NCBI GenBank assembly: GCA_041663145.1
Contig: JBAZRG010000002.1
Location: 1-30,617 of the forward strand
Direction of reading: 5' to 3'
Origin: Minisyncoccota bacterium
GTDB taxonomy: Bacteria > Patescibacteriota > Minisyncoccia > Phycocordibacterales > PALSA-1337
Length of the DNA stretch: 30,617 nt
A model generated the notes under the pieces. The model searched no databases, was not told the DNA's origin, and was given only the letters and a program-made list of their open reading frames with translations. Position 1 is the first letter of the stretch, and each line of letters opens with the position of its first letter. The position numbers and the translations under genes were made by a program. Below, piece after piece: positions 7,983 to 16,395 of the stretch.

Positions 7983-8417
7983 ATGAAAATACTCTTTGTT
8001 TGTAGAGGAAATGTAGGAAGAAGCCAAATGGCCGAGGCGGTTTTTAAACAACTAAATAATAGGCACGAAGTTCTTTCGGCTGGCACCAAAGTCGTGAGCA
8101 AGGAAGGGGAGAATCGTCATGGACAACTCCTTAAAGATCTGTTACCTGCTGAGAATGTGATAGCAGTCCTTCAAGAAAGAGGTATTGATGTCTCGTTAAA
8201 CAAAAGAACACAGTTAGATTCCGCTTTGGTTGATTGGGCAGATAAGATCGTCGTAATGGCGGAACAAGAAACTATTCCAGATTACTTACTCAATTCACCG
8301 AAAGCTACATATTGGAAAATAATTGATCCGAAAGGAACTGCTCTTGAAGCTCATAAATTGATTCTGAATCAAATTGATGGATTGGTTAAAGAGTTTATTG
8401 AAGAAAATAATTTATAA
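7983..8417 (+). CDS. Low-molecular-weight phosphotyrosine phosphatase / ArsC(LMWP)-family protein
   Basis: 144 aa. P-loop C-X5-R (VCRGNVGRSQMAEA) at the N-terminus. Confidence 0.7.
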   Translation: MKILFVCRGNVGRSQMAEAVFKQLNNRHEVLSAGTKVVSKEGENRHGQLLKDLLPAENVIAVLQERGIDVSLNKRTQLDSALVDWADKIVVMAEQETIPDYLLNSPKATYWKIIDPKGTALEAHKLILNQIDGLVKEFIEENNL

Positions 8418-8443
8418 ATTGTAGTTGTATTGCGTCATTAGTT

Positions 8444-9580
8444 TTGTATAATCACATCATGTTATTCAACCTATTTAAGTTCTTATCTCTTAAGAAAGCT
8501 GAGAAGGATCACATTAAAAAAATCTTTGATCGGGAAAATTTTATATGTAACTCCGAGAACATAGATAACATGTTGAAGGGAAATGAGAAGGGTGTGAGAT
8601 ATGGCAATGCGGTTATGCAAAGAAATGAAAAAGGTCAGAGTGTAGAAAGATTCCTAAAAATAATGATCGATGGAAAATATAGGACTTATAAACTATTTGA
8701 GAGGCAGGTGAGGATTACCGAAGAATTGTACAAAGATGAGGGTTATACTTTTCCGAAAATGCAGGTCATAAAACACGAATTGGATACTCTTGTACCGTAT
8801 GCAATATTTGAGACTCGAAAAAGTGGTCAAAATTTTGGTTTCATGCACGATACACCAAGTTATTACGCTTCGATTTCTGAGAAAGAGATGGAAGACCTTG
8901 TGAATACTATATGTTCATTCCATTCTGCTGGATCATCTATAAATCCGAATATTTGGAAATACACACAGAAAATATCATCCGATTTAAATTATTATGAGAA
9001 ACATATAAGAAAGAATTTAAGCAAAGTCATAAAACATAAGAGAGAAAATGGAGAAATAGTCGAATCGTCAGTCGAAGCCATTTTGGCAAAATATTTTCAA
9101 GTGAAGGATGCTTTGAAGTCTGCCGAGGCAATATTGGATGTTTATTGGAAAACCGTAGATAAGACTGAGAATAGTGACATGCGATATTTAGTTCACGCCG
9201 ATATGCAGATAGACAATATCTACAAACATGAGAATGGGCCTTTTGAATTACTAGATTTTGAGTGGGTAGGGAGGTCAACAAATCCTGTGATTGCAATCAT
9301 GTATGACTATGGAAATTTGAGAGCTAGGGCTTGGTCCTCATCTCAATTTCAGACTTTACTTGATGAAGCGATGGTGCGTATTGGTACAAAATACTATAGT
9401 GATGATGCTGTCAAAGCTGGTTTAAGACTGGGAACCCTTTACTCCTCTATTATGATGACACGATTTCACCTCGATTTTGAAAATACCGTAAAAAAGGATC
9501 GAAGATCAGAAGCGGAATATCATGAAATGTATTCGAAAACAGTTGCAACTTTGAGAGAATCACTCAAATCTCATCTATAA
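8444..9580 (+). CDS. Phosphotransferase-family kinase (APH/CotS/choline-kinase-like fold)
   Basis: 378 aa. Brenner motif HADMQIDNI (HxDxxxxN) and LLDFEW (DFE/DxE). Confidence 0.65.
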   Translation: MYNHIMLFNLFKFLSLKKAEKDHIKKIFDRENFICNSENIDNMLKGNEKGVRYGNAVMQRNEKGQSVERFLKIMIDGKYRTYKLFERQVRITEELYKDEGYTFPKMQVIKHELDTLVPYAIFETRKSGQNFGFMHDTPSYYASISEKEMEDLVNTICSFHSAGSSINPNIWKYTQKISSDLNYYEKHIRKNLSKVIKHKRENGEIVESSVEAILAKYFQVKDALKSAEAILDVYWKTVDKTENSDMRYLVHADMQIDNIYKHENGPFELLDFEWVGRSTNPVIAIMYDYGNLRARAWSSSQFQTLLDEAMVRIGTKYYSDDAVKAGLRLGTLYSSIMMTRFHLDFENTVKKDRRSEAEYHEMYSKTVATLRESLKSHL

Positions 9581-9582
9581 CA

Positions 9583-9612
9583 AAAACCGCTAGGAGTAAC
9601 CCTAACGGTTTT
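9583..9612. terminator. Bidirectional intrinsic terminator between the convergent kinase and hup genes
   Basis: AAAACCGC-TAGG...CCTA-ACGGTTTT hairpin. An A-run lies on one side and a T-run on the other. Confidence 0.6.
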
Positions 9613-9634
9613 TGTGATGCGACTATTTGTGAGA

Positions 9635-9907
9635 CTATTTTACAGCATCCTTCAATGCCTTTGCGGCGCGGAACTTTGGAACCTTCATGGCTGGAACTTT
9701 GATAGCTTCGCCTGTGCGAGGATTCCTAGCTTCACGTGCTGCACGCTGTTTGACTGAGAAGATACCGAGGCCCGCGATAGATACTTCTTCACCTTTCTTC
9801 AACGAGTCGATTATGCTGTTAATAGCTGTCTCTACTGCTTGTTCGGCTTGAACTTTTGTTCCGCCGAGTACTGCGTGAACTGCGTCTACGATTCCTGCTT
9901 TGTTCAT
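9635..9907 (-). CDS. hup: HU/IHF-family DNA-binding protein
   Basis: 90 aa. MNKAGIVDAV N-terminus. Arm motif RNPRTGE..KVP. Confidence 0.9.
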   Translation of the reverse strand: MNKAGIVDAVHAVLGGTKVQAEQAVETAINSIIDSLKKGEEVSIAGLGIFSVKQRAAREARNPRTGEAIKVPAMKVPKFRAAKALKDAVK

Positions 9908-10017
9908 GGATGTTTGTTTATGCTAATAATATGGCTTTAATTATATAGTAAGCCATTTATTAAGCAATAAGGGGTTGTTGATTGACATAGAACAAGATTC
10001 GATGTCTAGAATTTTGA

Positions 10018-10269
10018 CTATGAGATGTGTTTCGACATTGCTCCGGCCATTTTCATCATGTTTATTGGATCGTTGCCGAGAACCTTTGACAGTTTTTCGT
10101 CAGGATTGATCATGCGTTTGTCCTTGGAATCCTGGAGATTGTTGGCTTTGATGTATACCCAGATCTTGGAGACAACTTCGCTTCTGGGCATAGGACCGGC
10201 TCCGACTACGGCAGCCAGTTCAGGACTGATATTCTTTGGTTTCATAAATGCTGAGTTTTCTTTTGCCAT
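10018..10269 (-). CDS. SWIB/MDM2-domain protein
   Basis: 83 aa. SPELAAVVG..PMPRSEVVSKIWVYIKANNLQD..DKR.INPDEKL matches the bacterial SWIB domain pattern. Confidence 0.7.
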   Translation of the reverse strand: MAKENSAFMKPKNISPELAAVVGAGPMPRSEVVSKIWVYIKANNLQDSKDKRMINPDEKLSKVLGNDPINMMKMAGAMSKHIS

Positions 10270-10318
10270 TGTATTGTGTTTAACGATTACTTATATGGGT
10301 TAATGATAGCACAAATGA

Positions 10319-11848
10319 CTACCTCGCAAATTCCATCGATCTGGTTTCTCGAATTACCATGACTCGAATTTCACCAGGGTATTTGAGGTCTTTTTCTATT
10401 TTGAGGGCTATGTTGCGAGCTAATTCCTTGGCTTCAACATCACCGATCTCTTCGGGTTTGACGAAGATACGGATCTCTCGGCCGGCCTGTAGAGCATAGG
10501 ATTTTTCGATTCCAGGGAAAGAATTGGCAAGAGCTTCGAGATCTCCGAGTCTCTTTAAGTAATTTTCTATATTGTCGCGACGTGCACCAGGACGAGCTCC
10601 GGAGATTGCATCTGCAGTCTGAACGATGCGTGACTCGATCGTCTCATAAGGATATTCTTCATGATGAGCTTGCATGGCTTTGACTATCTCTTCTGAAGCA
10701 CCGAACTTTTGGAGGATTCGGCGACCGATCTCGACGTGAGTTCCGGCAACTTCATGATCCAAAGCCTTACCTATATCGTGAAGAAGGGCACCTGATTTGG
10801 CAACTTGGACATTTGCACCGAGCTCTTCAGCTATCATTCCAGCAATATGAGCCATTTCAACTGAGTGTTGAAGGACATTTTGACCATAACTTGTACGGAA
10901 ATGGAGTCTTCCTAGAATGAGTAAGATCCTAGGATCCAAACCGATAATGCCACATTCGTAAGCGGCGGCCTCACCTTTTTCTTTAATGGTTTTATTTATA
11001 TCTTGTTTAGCTTTTTCTACTACCTGTTCGATCTTGGCTGGCTGAATACGTCCGTCTTTGATAAGTTCCAACAGTGCCAAACGGGCAACATGTCTTCGAA
11101 CTGGATCAAATGATGAAATTGTAATAGCGCCTGGAGTATCGTCGACCATGACTTCAACGCCGGTGATTCTTTCGAAAGCCTTGATATTACGACCTTCTTT
11201 TCCGATGATCTTACCTTTTACGTCATCGCTAGGTATTTCTACGATTGTCGACATTACATCCTGAGCGACTGATGAAGCAAGTCTCTGAATAGATATAGCC
11301 AAGATATCCATGGCCTTTTTTTCGAGTATTTCTTCACCTTGAGTCTCTAGTTTATTCATTCGGACCAAAAAGTCCTCTTCGGACTGCTTTTCGATCGATT
11401 TCATGAGTTGATCTTTCGCTTCTTCGGCAGATAACTTTGAGATCTTTTCAAGCTCTTTTTTACGATCCTCTTCGAGTTTATCGGCTTTTTCACGAATAGT
11501 CTTTATCTCGGCTACTCGAGTCTTTATAAGCTCGACTTCACGATCGAGGTCCGCTTGACGTCTATCCATGAGATCTTCACGCTTGACTAGACGGTCTTCG
11601 GTTTGTCGGATCTTTTCTTCTTTCTCTTTTACTTCTTTACGTGTACTTTCGATGGTATTGGTGGCTTTTGTTTCGGCATCGGTCGTAATCTTTTTGGCTT
11701 CTTCCTTGGCGGCAAGGAGCATCTCCTTGATCTCGAGTTCCATGGAACCTTTTTTACCGAGGGAGATTATCAATCTAAGATAATAACCGATAGCCACACC
11801 GACAACGCCAGATATGGCGAGGAATAGGGTGACTAGTTTGAGTGACAT
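10319..11848 (-). CDS. rny: Ribonuclease Y
   Basis: 509 aa. N-terminal TM helix, long coiled coil, KH domain (IGKEGRNIKAFERITGV) and HD domain (LHDIGKA). Confidence 0.9.
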   Translation of the reverse strand: MSLKLVTLFLAISGVVGVAIGYYLRLIISLGKKGSMELEIKEMLLAAKEEAKKITTDAETKATNTIESTRKEVKEKEEKIRQTEDRLVKREDLMDRRQADLDREVELIKTRVAEIKTIREKADKLEEDRKKELEKISKLSAEEAKDQLMKSIEKQSEEDFLVRMNKLETQGEEILEKKAMDILAISIQRLASSVAQDVMSTIVEIPSDDVKGKIIGKEGRNIKAFERITGVEVMVDDTPGAITISSFDPVRRHVARLALLELIKDGRIQPAKIEQVVEKAKQDINKTIKEKGEAAAYECGIIGLDPRILLILGRLHFRTSYGQNVLQHSVEMAHIAGMIAEELGANVQVAKSGALLHDIGKALDHEVAGTHVEIGRRILQKFGASEEIVKAMQAHHEEYPYETIESRIVQTADAISGARPGARRDNIENYLKRLGDLEALANSFPGIEKSYALQAGREIRIFVKPEEIGDVEAKELARNIALKIEKDLKYPGEIRVMVIRETRSMEFAR

Positions 11849-12030
11849 TGCGGAATGGACCCGCCTATTTTGAGACTATGGCGACAGTAACGTATGAGTC
11901 TGATGCTGAATTGTTAGTATCATAAGTTTGAATATCACGCGAAGTCCGTTAAAGGCGGTATCAAATTAAAAATTTAGTAACAAGGTTATCATACAATAAA
12001 TGTATGGTAAGGTGCAAGTTTCGGCTCAGC

Positions 12031-12822
12031 TTATGCTTGTGGTCGAGACCCCAACTGATTATTAAGCCTTTTTGCCTCATTCCAAGCCAGTTCATACATT
12101 TTCTTCATAGCGTCGGCTATTTCTGCACTTTCTATCATTATTCCCAGCTTTTCTTTCCAAGAGGCAATCATAACCTTGTTATCGTAGATGTTGATTTCCG
12201 GAGTAAAATAATATGTTTCAGATGGTATGAAAGCAATCTCTCTCTTTTCTTCTTTATCATGTTCTCGTCTTTCATCTCCCGCTTGTGTTTTTGGCACGAT
12301 CGCTCGAATAGAGATGTTTTTTCCTGCTCGGCGCTTATAGTAATCAGGAAAATAGTTCGGTAGAGCGTTGTGCATGTCATCGACTGTAGCGAATGCCCGG
12401 ATCGGTTCAGAGCTAGTCAGTGTATCTTCATAGACGCGCTTCAAACCTTCGGTTCCTTCATAAAATTTGATTCGAGGTCTGTTTTGGACGGCATAGACAC
12501 TCAATAGTTGGGGAATAAATTCCTGCGCTTTCTTTATGCGATTCATCGCATCATCAGCCATCTTCTGGAGATGGTCAATCAATGATTTTGGCGGTTCAGC
12601 AGAATATTCTGATTTGGGCTCCTTTCCAGATAAATTGACCACACCTATATTTATCAGCGAATCCAAAATTTCATAGCCGGTAGTACGATTGATGCCAGCT
12701 TTTCTCGATATTTGTGAAACGGTGCCTTTGCCAAGTTCCAATAGGGAAATGTAAACACTGGATTCCTTTTCACTGAATCCGAGTGCCTGCAAAGCTGTCT
12801 TGAGTTGGTTGTAATCGTTCAT
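12031..12822 (-). CDS. TrmB-family HTH transcriptional regulator
   Basis: 263 aa. N-terminal winged HTH (SVYISLLELGKGTVSQISRKAGINRTTGYEILDSLINIGVV) with a C-terminal sensor-like domain. Divergently oriented to the 12939 promoter. Confidence 0.7.
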   Translation of the reverse strand: MNDYNQLKTALQALGFSEKESSVYISLLELGKGTVSQISRKAGINRTTGYEILDSLINIGVVNLSGKEPKSEYSAEPPKSLIDHLQKMADDAMNRIKKAQEFIPQLLSVYAVQNRPRIKFYEGTEGLKRVYEDTLTSSEPIRAFATVDDMHNALPNYFPDYYKRRAGKNISIRAIVPKTQAGDERREHDKEEKREIAFIPSETYYFTPEINIYDNKVMIASWKEKLGIMIESAEIADAMKKMYELAWNEAKRLNNQLGSRPQA

Positions 12823-12938
12823 AATTGAAGTCTATAGCCGAAATCAATCTGTGTCAATAGTGACCGACAAAAAAATGACTATACTTGTAGATATATTGAT
12901 AAATATGGATATACGGATAGAATACTAGTCAAAAACGA

Positions 12939-12967
12939 TTGACAAGCAGATTTTGATGTGCTATACT
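12939..12967 (+). promoter_or_regulatory. Consensus sigma70-type promoter TTGACA-17-TATACT
   Basis: Read directly: TTGACA at 12939-12944, a 17-nt spacer, TATACT at 12962-12967. It lies about 120 nt upstream of the 13090 gene. Confidence 0.7.
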
Positions 12968-13089
12968 TTGAGTAGAACTATGAAAGATCATTGATAATCC
13001 TCTTGCAAGTAGTTACGGCCACAAGGCTTTGAAAATCGAGACTTTCTGGCTGAAACTGCACAACAATCAACCAAAACGGAAGGACTATT

Positions 13090-13437
13090 GTGAGAAAGAT
13101 TAAAGTGAATAAAGTAACGGGTGTAAGTGTGACAACATCGTACATGTGGTTCACGAATGACGAAGCCATCGAGGAATTTATGCGCGAGAAATATTTTAGA
13201 AAGGAACCTCGTTCTGATTCTTTGGGAATGGACTTTGCACCTACGTGCAACATTGACGTCTTCATCTACATCAACGACGACACCTCTGAATATCGACTAG
13301 TTATCGGTCTCTTAGATGCAGAAGTTGCCATTGATTCAGGCACCGTCAAGGGCTCACCCTTACCTTGCGATGAAGGGCATTCGCTCCGTTTGTCAGGGAC
13401 ATTCCTTGAAGACTGCGGGGTTGTTTGTGAAGACTAG
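13090..13437 (+). CDS. Hypothetical protein (GTG start, GGAAGG Shine-Dalgarno), GC-richer codon usage
   Basis: 115 aa. Good RBS 6 nt upstream. Acidic, Cys-containing C-terminus. No recognisable family. Confidence 0.5.
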   Translation: MRKIKVNKVTGVSVTTSYMWFTNDEAIEEFMREKYFRKEPRSDSLGMDFAPTCNIDVFIYINDDTSEYRLVIGLLDAEVAIDSGTVKGSPLPCDEGHSLRLSGTFLEDCGVVCED

Positions 13438-13490
13438 AGAGTCCGCAAGCAGGTTTAGAACAAGTTCGGAAGGTTCCAGCTTTAAACCTT

Positions 13491-13545
13491 CCTCTGTATC
13501 GAGATGTGTTATCTCGACTGATGATTCCGAAAGGATGAAACAGAG
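13491..13545 (+). ncRNA. Type III hammerhead-ribozyme-like motif (copy A, near-canonical)
   Basis: 5'-CCUCUGUA|UCGAGAU-GUGUU-AUCUCGA-CUGAUGA-UUCC-GAAA-GGAU-GAAAC-AGAG. Stem III is 6 bp (CUCUGU/ACAGAG) including the A15.1-U16.1 pair. Cleavage triplet GUA. Stem I is a 7-bp hairpin. CUGAUGA and GAAAC are exact. Stem II is 3 bp plus a U.U at the 10.1/11.1 position, with a GAAA loop. A GGAAGGTT/AACCTTCC hairpin lies immediately upstream. Confidence 0.6.
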
Positions 13546-13591
13546 CTCTTTAAGAAATGCTTGCAAAGTAAAAACTCAACGAAAGGAAAAT

Positions 13592-14125
13592 ATGTCAATT
13601 CTAAGCGCTATCTATCAACTCTGCCCCCATTTGGCCAACCAACGCCCATATGTTGGTGCAGGAAACACACAACTGGTCCTTACAGTAGGAGATGCATCGA
13701 TGGATGAGATGGTCAGTGTTCTAAAGAATCGATGTACAACGATGGGCGGATATAAAGATGATGTGGATTTTGTCCAACCATTTTTTAAACAGCTCCAACA
13801 GTCTCCCTGTACTGGATCGGTCAATCTTATTCGGGTTTGTGCCGATCTTGGTCCTGCGAACTCTTGGCCGAACTATTGCGGTCACGAAATAAATCGTATG
13901 GCCCGCGAGAAGGGTCTGGAGTTCTGCACATCGGAGATCGTGTGCAAACTATTCCAAGCTTGGTTACACACACCAAAAGCAAGAGATCACTTCTACGTCA
14001 GTTGCGGCGATCTCTTCTGTTTCTTCACTGATTACGGTGGGGACCGACGCCAGATAATTATCTGCAACGATTACAGCGATATTCCATTCGGTGAGGATGT
14101 GATTTATCTTGATTCTCGCAAGTAG
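13592..14125 (+). CDS. Hypothetical Cys-rich protein (11 Cys), GC-richer; flanked by the two hammerhead-like repeats
   Basis: 177 aa. ATG at 13592 preceded by AAAGGAAAA. The longer ORF starting at 13316 is rejected because its upstream extension runs through the ribozyme motif. Confidence 0.55.
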   Translation: MSILSAIYQLCPHLANQRPYVGAGNTQLVLTVGDASMDEMVSVLKNRCTTMGGYKDDVDFVQPFFKQLQQSPCTGSVNLIRVCADLGPANSWPNYCGHEINRMAREKGLEFCTSEIVCKLFQAWLHTPKARDHFYVSCGDLFCFFTDYGGDRRQIIICNDYSDIPFGEDVIYLDSRK

Positions 14126-14165
14126 GTGTCAAACAAGTTTTGGAGGGTTCATCTACAAAACCTTC

Positions 14166-14218
14166 CTCTGTAGCACGATGCGTGTCATGCCCGATGATTC
14201 CAAAAGGATGAAACAGAC
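14166..14218 (+). ncRNA. Hammerhead-like motif (copy B, degenerate: CCGAUGA core, imperfect stem I)
   Basis: About 75% identical to copy A over roughly 90 nt. Same GUA triplet, GAAAC and stem II. Stem I differs in sequence but is still self-complementary. U4 is replaced by C. Confidence 0.45.
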
Positions 14219-14246
14219 CCTATACAATCGTACAGGGTTTTAATTT
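14218..14246 (+). terminator. Intrinsic terminator (CCCTATAC-aatc-GTACAGGG + TTTTAATTT)
   Basis: Hairpin followed by a T-run, read directly. It overlaps the stop codon of the convergent ORF6N gene. Confidence 0.6.
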
Positions 14247-14785
14247 CGCCTGAATCCCATAGGTTCCTTCTTCAACACAGGCTCCTCGAGTAGTTGTTTG
14301 AGAACCTGAAACACTTTGATCATCTGCTTTCCTTGATTTTCTTGTCGATTTTCCAAATCTTCCATCTTTTTGGCCAAATCTTTATGTGTGGCTAACATCT
14401 CACGCAGTTTAATGAAGGCACGAACGATGTAGACGCTGACTGCGACAGCACGAGGACTCCTTAGAACAGCAGAAAGCATGGCAACACCATGTTCGGTAAA
14501 TGCGTAGGGAAGATAGCGACGACCACCGCGACCAGTGTTTGAGATCGCAATTTGCGATCTCAAAGATTCATATTCATTCTTGGAAATTTGAAACATGAAA
14601 TCTTGAGGAAAACGGGATAAGTTGCGCCTAACCTGTTCATTTAATCTGATTGTGCTGACACCATATAACTCTGCCAGATCGCTATCCAACATCACTTTTT
14701 GTCCGCGAATCAGATAAATCCTCCGCTCGATTACTTCCATCGGGATTATGGATATTGGCTTTGTATCTGGTGCACTTGTTTGCAT
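14240..14785 (-). CDS. ORF6N-domain (KilA-N/Rha-like) DNA-binding protein
   Basis: 181 aa. IRGQKVMLDSDLAELYGVSTIRLNEQVRRNLSRFPQDFMFQ...GGRRYLPYAFTEHGVAMLSAVL is the characteristic ORF6N pattern found in phage and mobile-element proteins. Confidence 0.8.
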   Translation of the reverse strand: MQTSAPDTKPISIIPMEVIERRIYLIRGQKVMLDSDLAELYGVSTIRLNEQVRRNLSRFPQDFMFQISKNEYESLRSQIAISNTGRGGRRYLPYAFTEHGVAMLSAVLRSPRAVAVSVYIVRAFIKLREMLATHKDLAKKMEDLENRQENQGKQMIKVFQVLKQLLEEPVLKKEPMGFRRN

Positions 14786-14910
14786 GAGTCGGATTATATC
14801 AGAAACCTCAAGTTTTCTTTACTTTTTCATCTTTCATGCTATATTCATTACACAACTATTCAATAATTTAGTCCATTACTCGCTATTACACGAAATAAAC
14901 TAAAAATATC

Positions 14911-15492
14911 ATGTTAATACCAACCGTTATAGAAAAGTCATCATTTGGCGAGAGAGCTTATGATATATATTCACGTCTCTTAAAAGAGAACATCATCTTT
15001 TTGGGTGGACCTATAGATGATCATGTTGCGAACCTCATCATTGCTCAACTCCTATTTCTCCAGTCTGAAGATCCAAAGAAGGAGATTTCACTCTATATCA
15101 ATTCTCCTGGTGGATCGGTATCTTCGACTTTGGCCATCATCGATACGATGCATCATATCAAAAATGATATCTCGACCGTCTGTGTGGGCATCGCGGCTTC
15201 TGGTGGAGCTTTGATCCTCTCCGCTGGAACAAAAGGGAAGAGAGTTGCTCTGCCAAATGCAGAAGTTATGATCCATCAGCCACTCGGAGGTGCCGAAGGT
15301 CAAGCATCGGATATTGAGATAAGCGCGAGACACATACTGAAGACTCGTGCGAGTTTGAATAAAATGTTGGCCAAGAATACCGGTCAGAGTTTGTCACGCA
15401 TCGAAAAAGATGTTGATCGAGATTTCTTTATGGATGCGGAGGAAGCAAAGAAGTATGGCATCATCGATCAGGTTACGGTTTCCAAAAAATAA
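14911..15492 (+). CDS. clpP: ATP-dependent Clp protease proteolytic subunit
   Basis: 193 aa. Catalytic Ser/His/Asp context ([13 protein letters not shown]). Confidence 0.95.
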   Translation: MLIPTVIEKSSFGERAYDIYSRLLKENIIFLGGPIDDHVANLIIAQLLFLQSEDPKKEISLYINSPGGSVSSTLAIIDTMHHIKNDISTVCVGIAASGGALILSAGTKGKRVALPNAEVMIHQPLGGAEGQASDIEISARHILKTRASLNKMLAKNTGQSLSRIEKDVDRDFFMDAEEAKKYGIIDQVTVSKK

Positions 15493-15507
15493 TAGAGATC
15501 ACAGCTC

Positions 15508-16284
15508 ATGAGACTTCACAGATTTTTGGTTGCGGAAGATATAGGTGATAAAAAGGAAATCACGATTGATTCGAAAGAACTCGTTCATCAGATCCGTCAC
15601 GTCTTTCGTCTCCGACATGGAGATGAAATAATTATTTTCAGTGGAACAGGTTTTGATTATCATTGCAAGATTGACGAAAGCAATGAAAAGAGTAAAATTA
15701 CTGGTAACAACTCCATAATCCAACTATTAGTTACCGATAAGGTAAGAAGTCGATTTGTCCCGAAGAAGAAATTATTTCTAGCAGCCTCTTTGATCAAGAA
15801 GGATAATTTCGAATGGGTCGTAGAGAAGGCTGTCGAGCTCGGAGTCACGGATATTATTCCTATTCGAGCAGATCGAAGTGAGAAAAAATTTCTTAATAAT
15901 GACAGATTAGAAAAGATTGCAATCGAGGCGACTGAACAATCGGGTCGTGGCAATGTTCCAAAGTTGCACGAGATAATGGATCTTGTGGAAGTTGTGAAAT
16001 TCCTGCAAAAACAGGAGGCGACTATGATCGCCTTCCACACCGATGGTGGGAGTTTTGGAGATAGAAAAAAAGATTTAAAAAAGAAAAATGAAGTTGAAGA
16101 TAAAAGTGGAATAGAAAGCAAACCAATAGCAGTTTTCATAGGACCAGAAGGAGGCTGGTCTCCAAATGAGATACAGATGTTTCACGATGAAGGAGTGCCT
16201 ATCTATTGCCTCGGACCCCAGATTTTGAGGGCTGAAACGGCTATCGTCTCTGTTCTCTCTTTGGTGGTGTTTGATGATTTCTAA
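15508..16284 (+). CDS. rsmE: 16S rRNA (uracil1498-N3)-methyltransferase RsmE
   Basis: 258 aa. RsmE/SPOUT C-terminal GPEGGWS..E motif. Contains a lysine-rich insertion. Confidence 0.8.
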   Translation: MRLHRFLVAEDIGDKKEITIDSKELVHQIRHVFRLRHGDEIIIFSGTGFDYHCKIDESNEKSKITGNNSIIQLLVTDKVRSRFVPKKKLFLAASLIKKDNFEWVVEKAVELGVTDIIPIRADRSEKKFLNNDRLEKIAIEATEQSGRGNVPKLHEIMDLVEVVKFLQKQEATMIAFHTDGGSFGDRKKDLKKKNEVEDKSGIESKPIAVFIGPEGGWSPNEIQMFHDEGVPIYCLGPQILRAETAIVSVLSLVVFDDF

Positions 16285-16395
16285 TTTTCACTACTTTGTT
16301 TCACGGGGATTGGTATATAGATTATTGTGAGCAGAATTCGAAGAAGAAAAAAGAATGATGTGCGGGGGATTACCAATTAAGTAACCGAAGTGACT

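Noticed and set aside
7983-8417. Calling the LMW-PTP-like protein a thioredoxin-coupled arsenate reductase (arsC)
   Set aside because: It has the CX5R P-loop and an RSQMAE motif, but lacks the two additional downstream cysteines needed for the ArsC disulfide cascade. Only the family-level call was kept.
12978-13265. 95-aa minus-strand ORF
   Set aside because: Antisense to the better-supported 13090..13437 gene and to its promoter and 5' UTR. No RBS.
13316-13591. Upstream extension of the 13316..14125 ORF
   Set aside because: It reads through the hammerhead-like motif, in a different frame from the 13090 gene. The ATG at 13592 has a proper RBS (AAAGGAAAA).
13455-14222. The two roughly 90-nt direct repeats as integron attC sites or as a known riboswitch (fluoride/crcB was considered because of GAUGAUUCC)
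   Set aside because: No R''/L''/L'/R' attC core (RYYYAAC...GTTRRRY) could be placed. The conserved CUGAUGA...GAAAC core with a GUA triplet and three correctly ordered stems fits a hammerhead much better than any riboswitch consensus I know.
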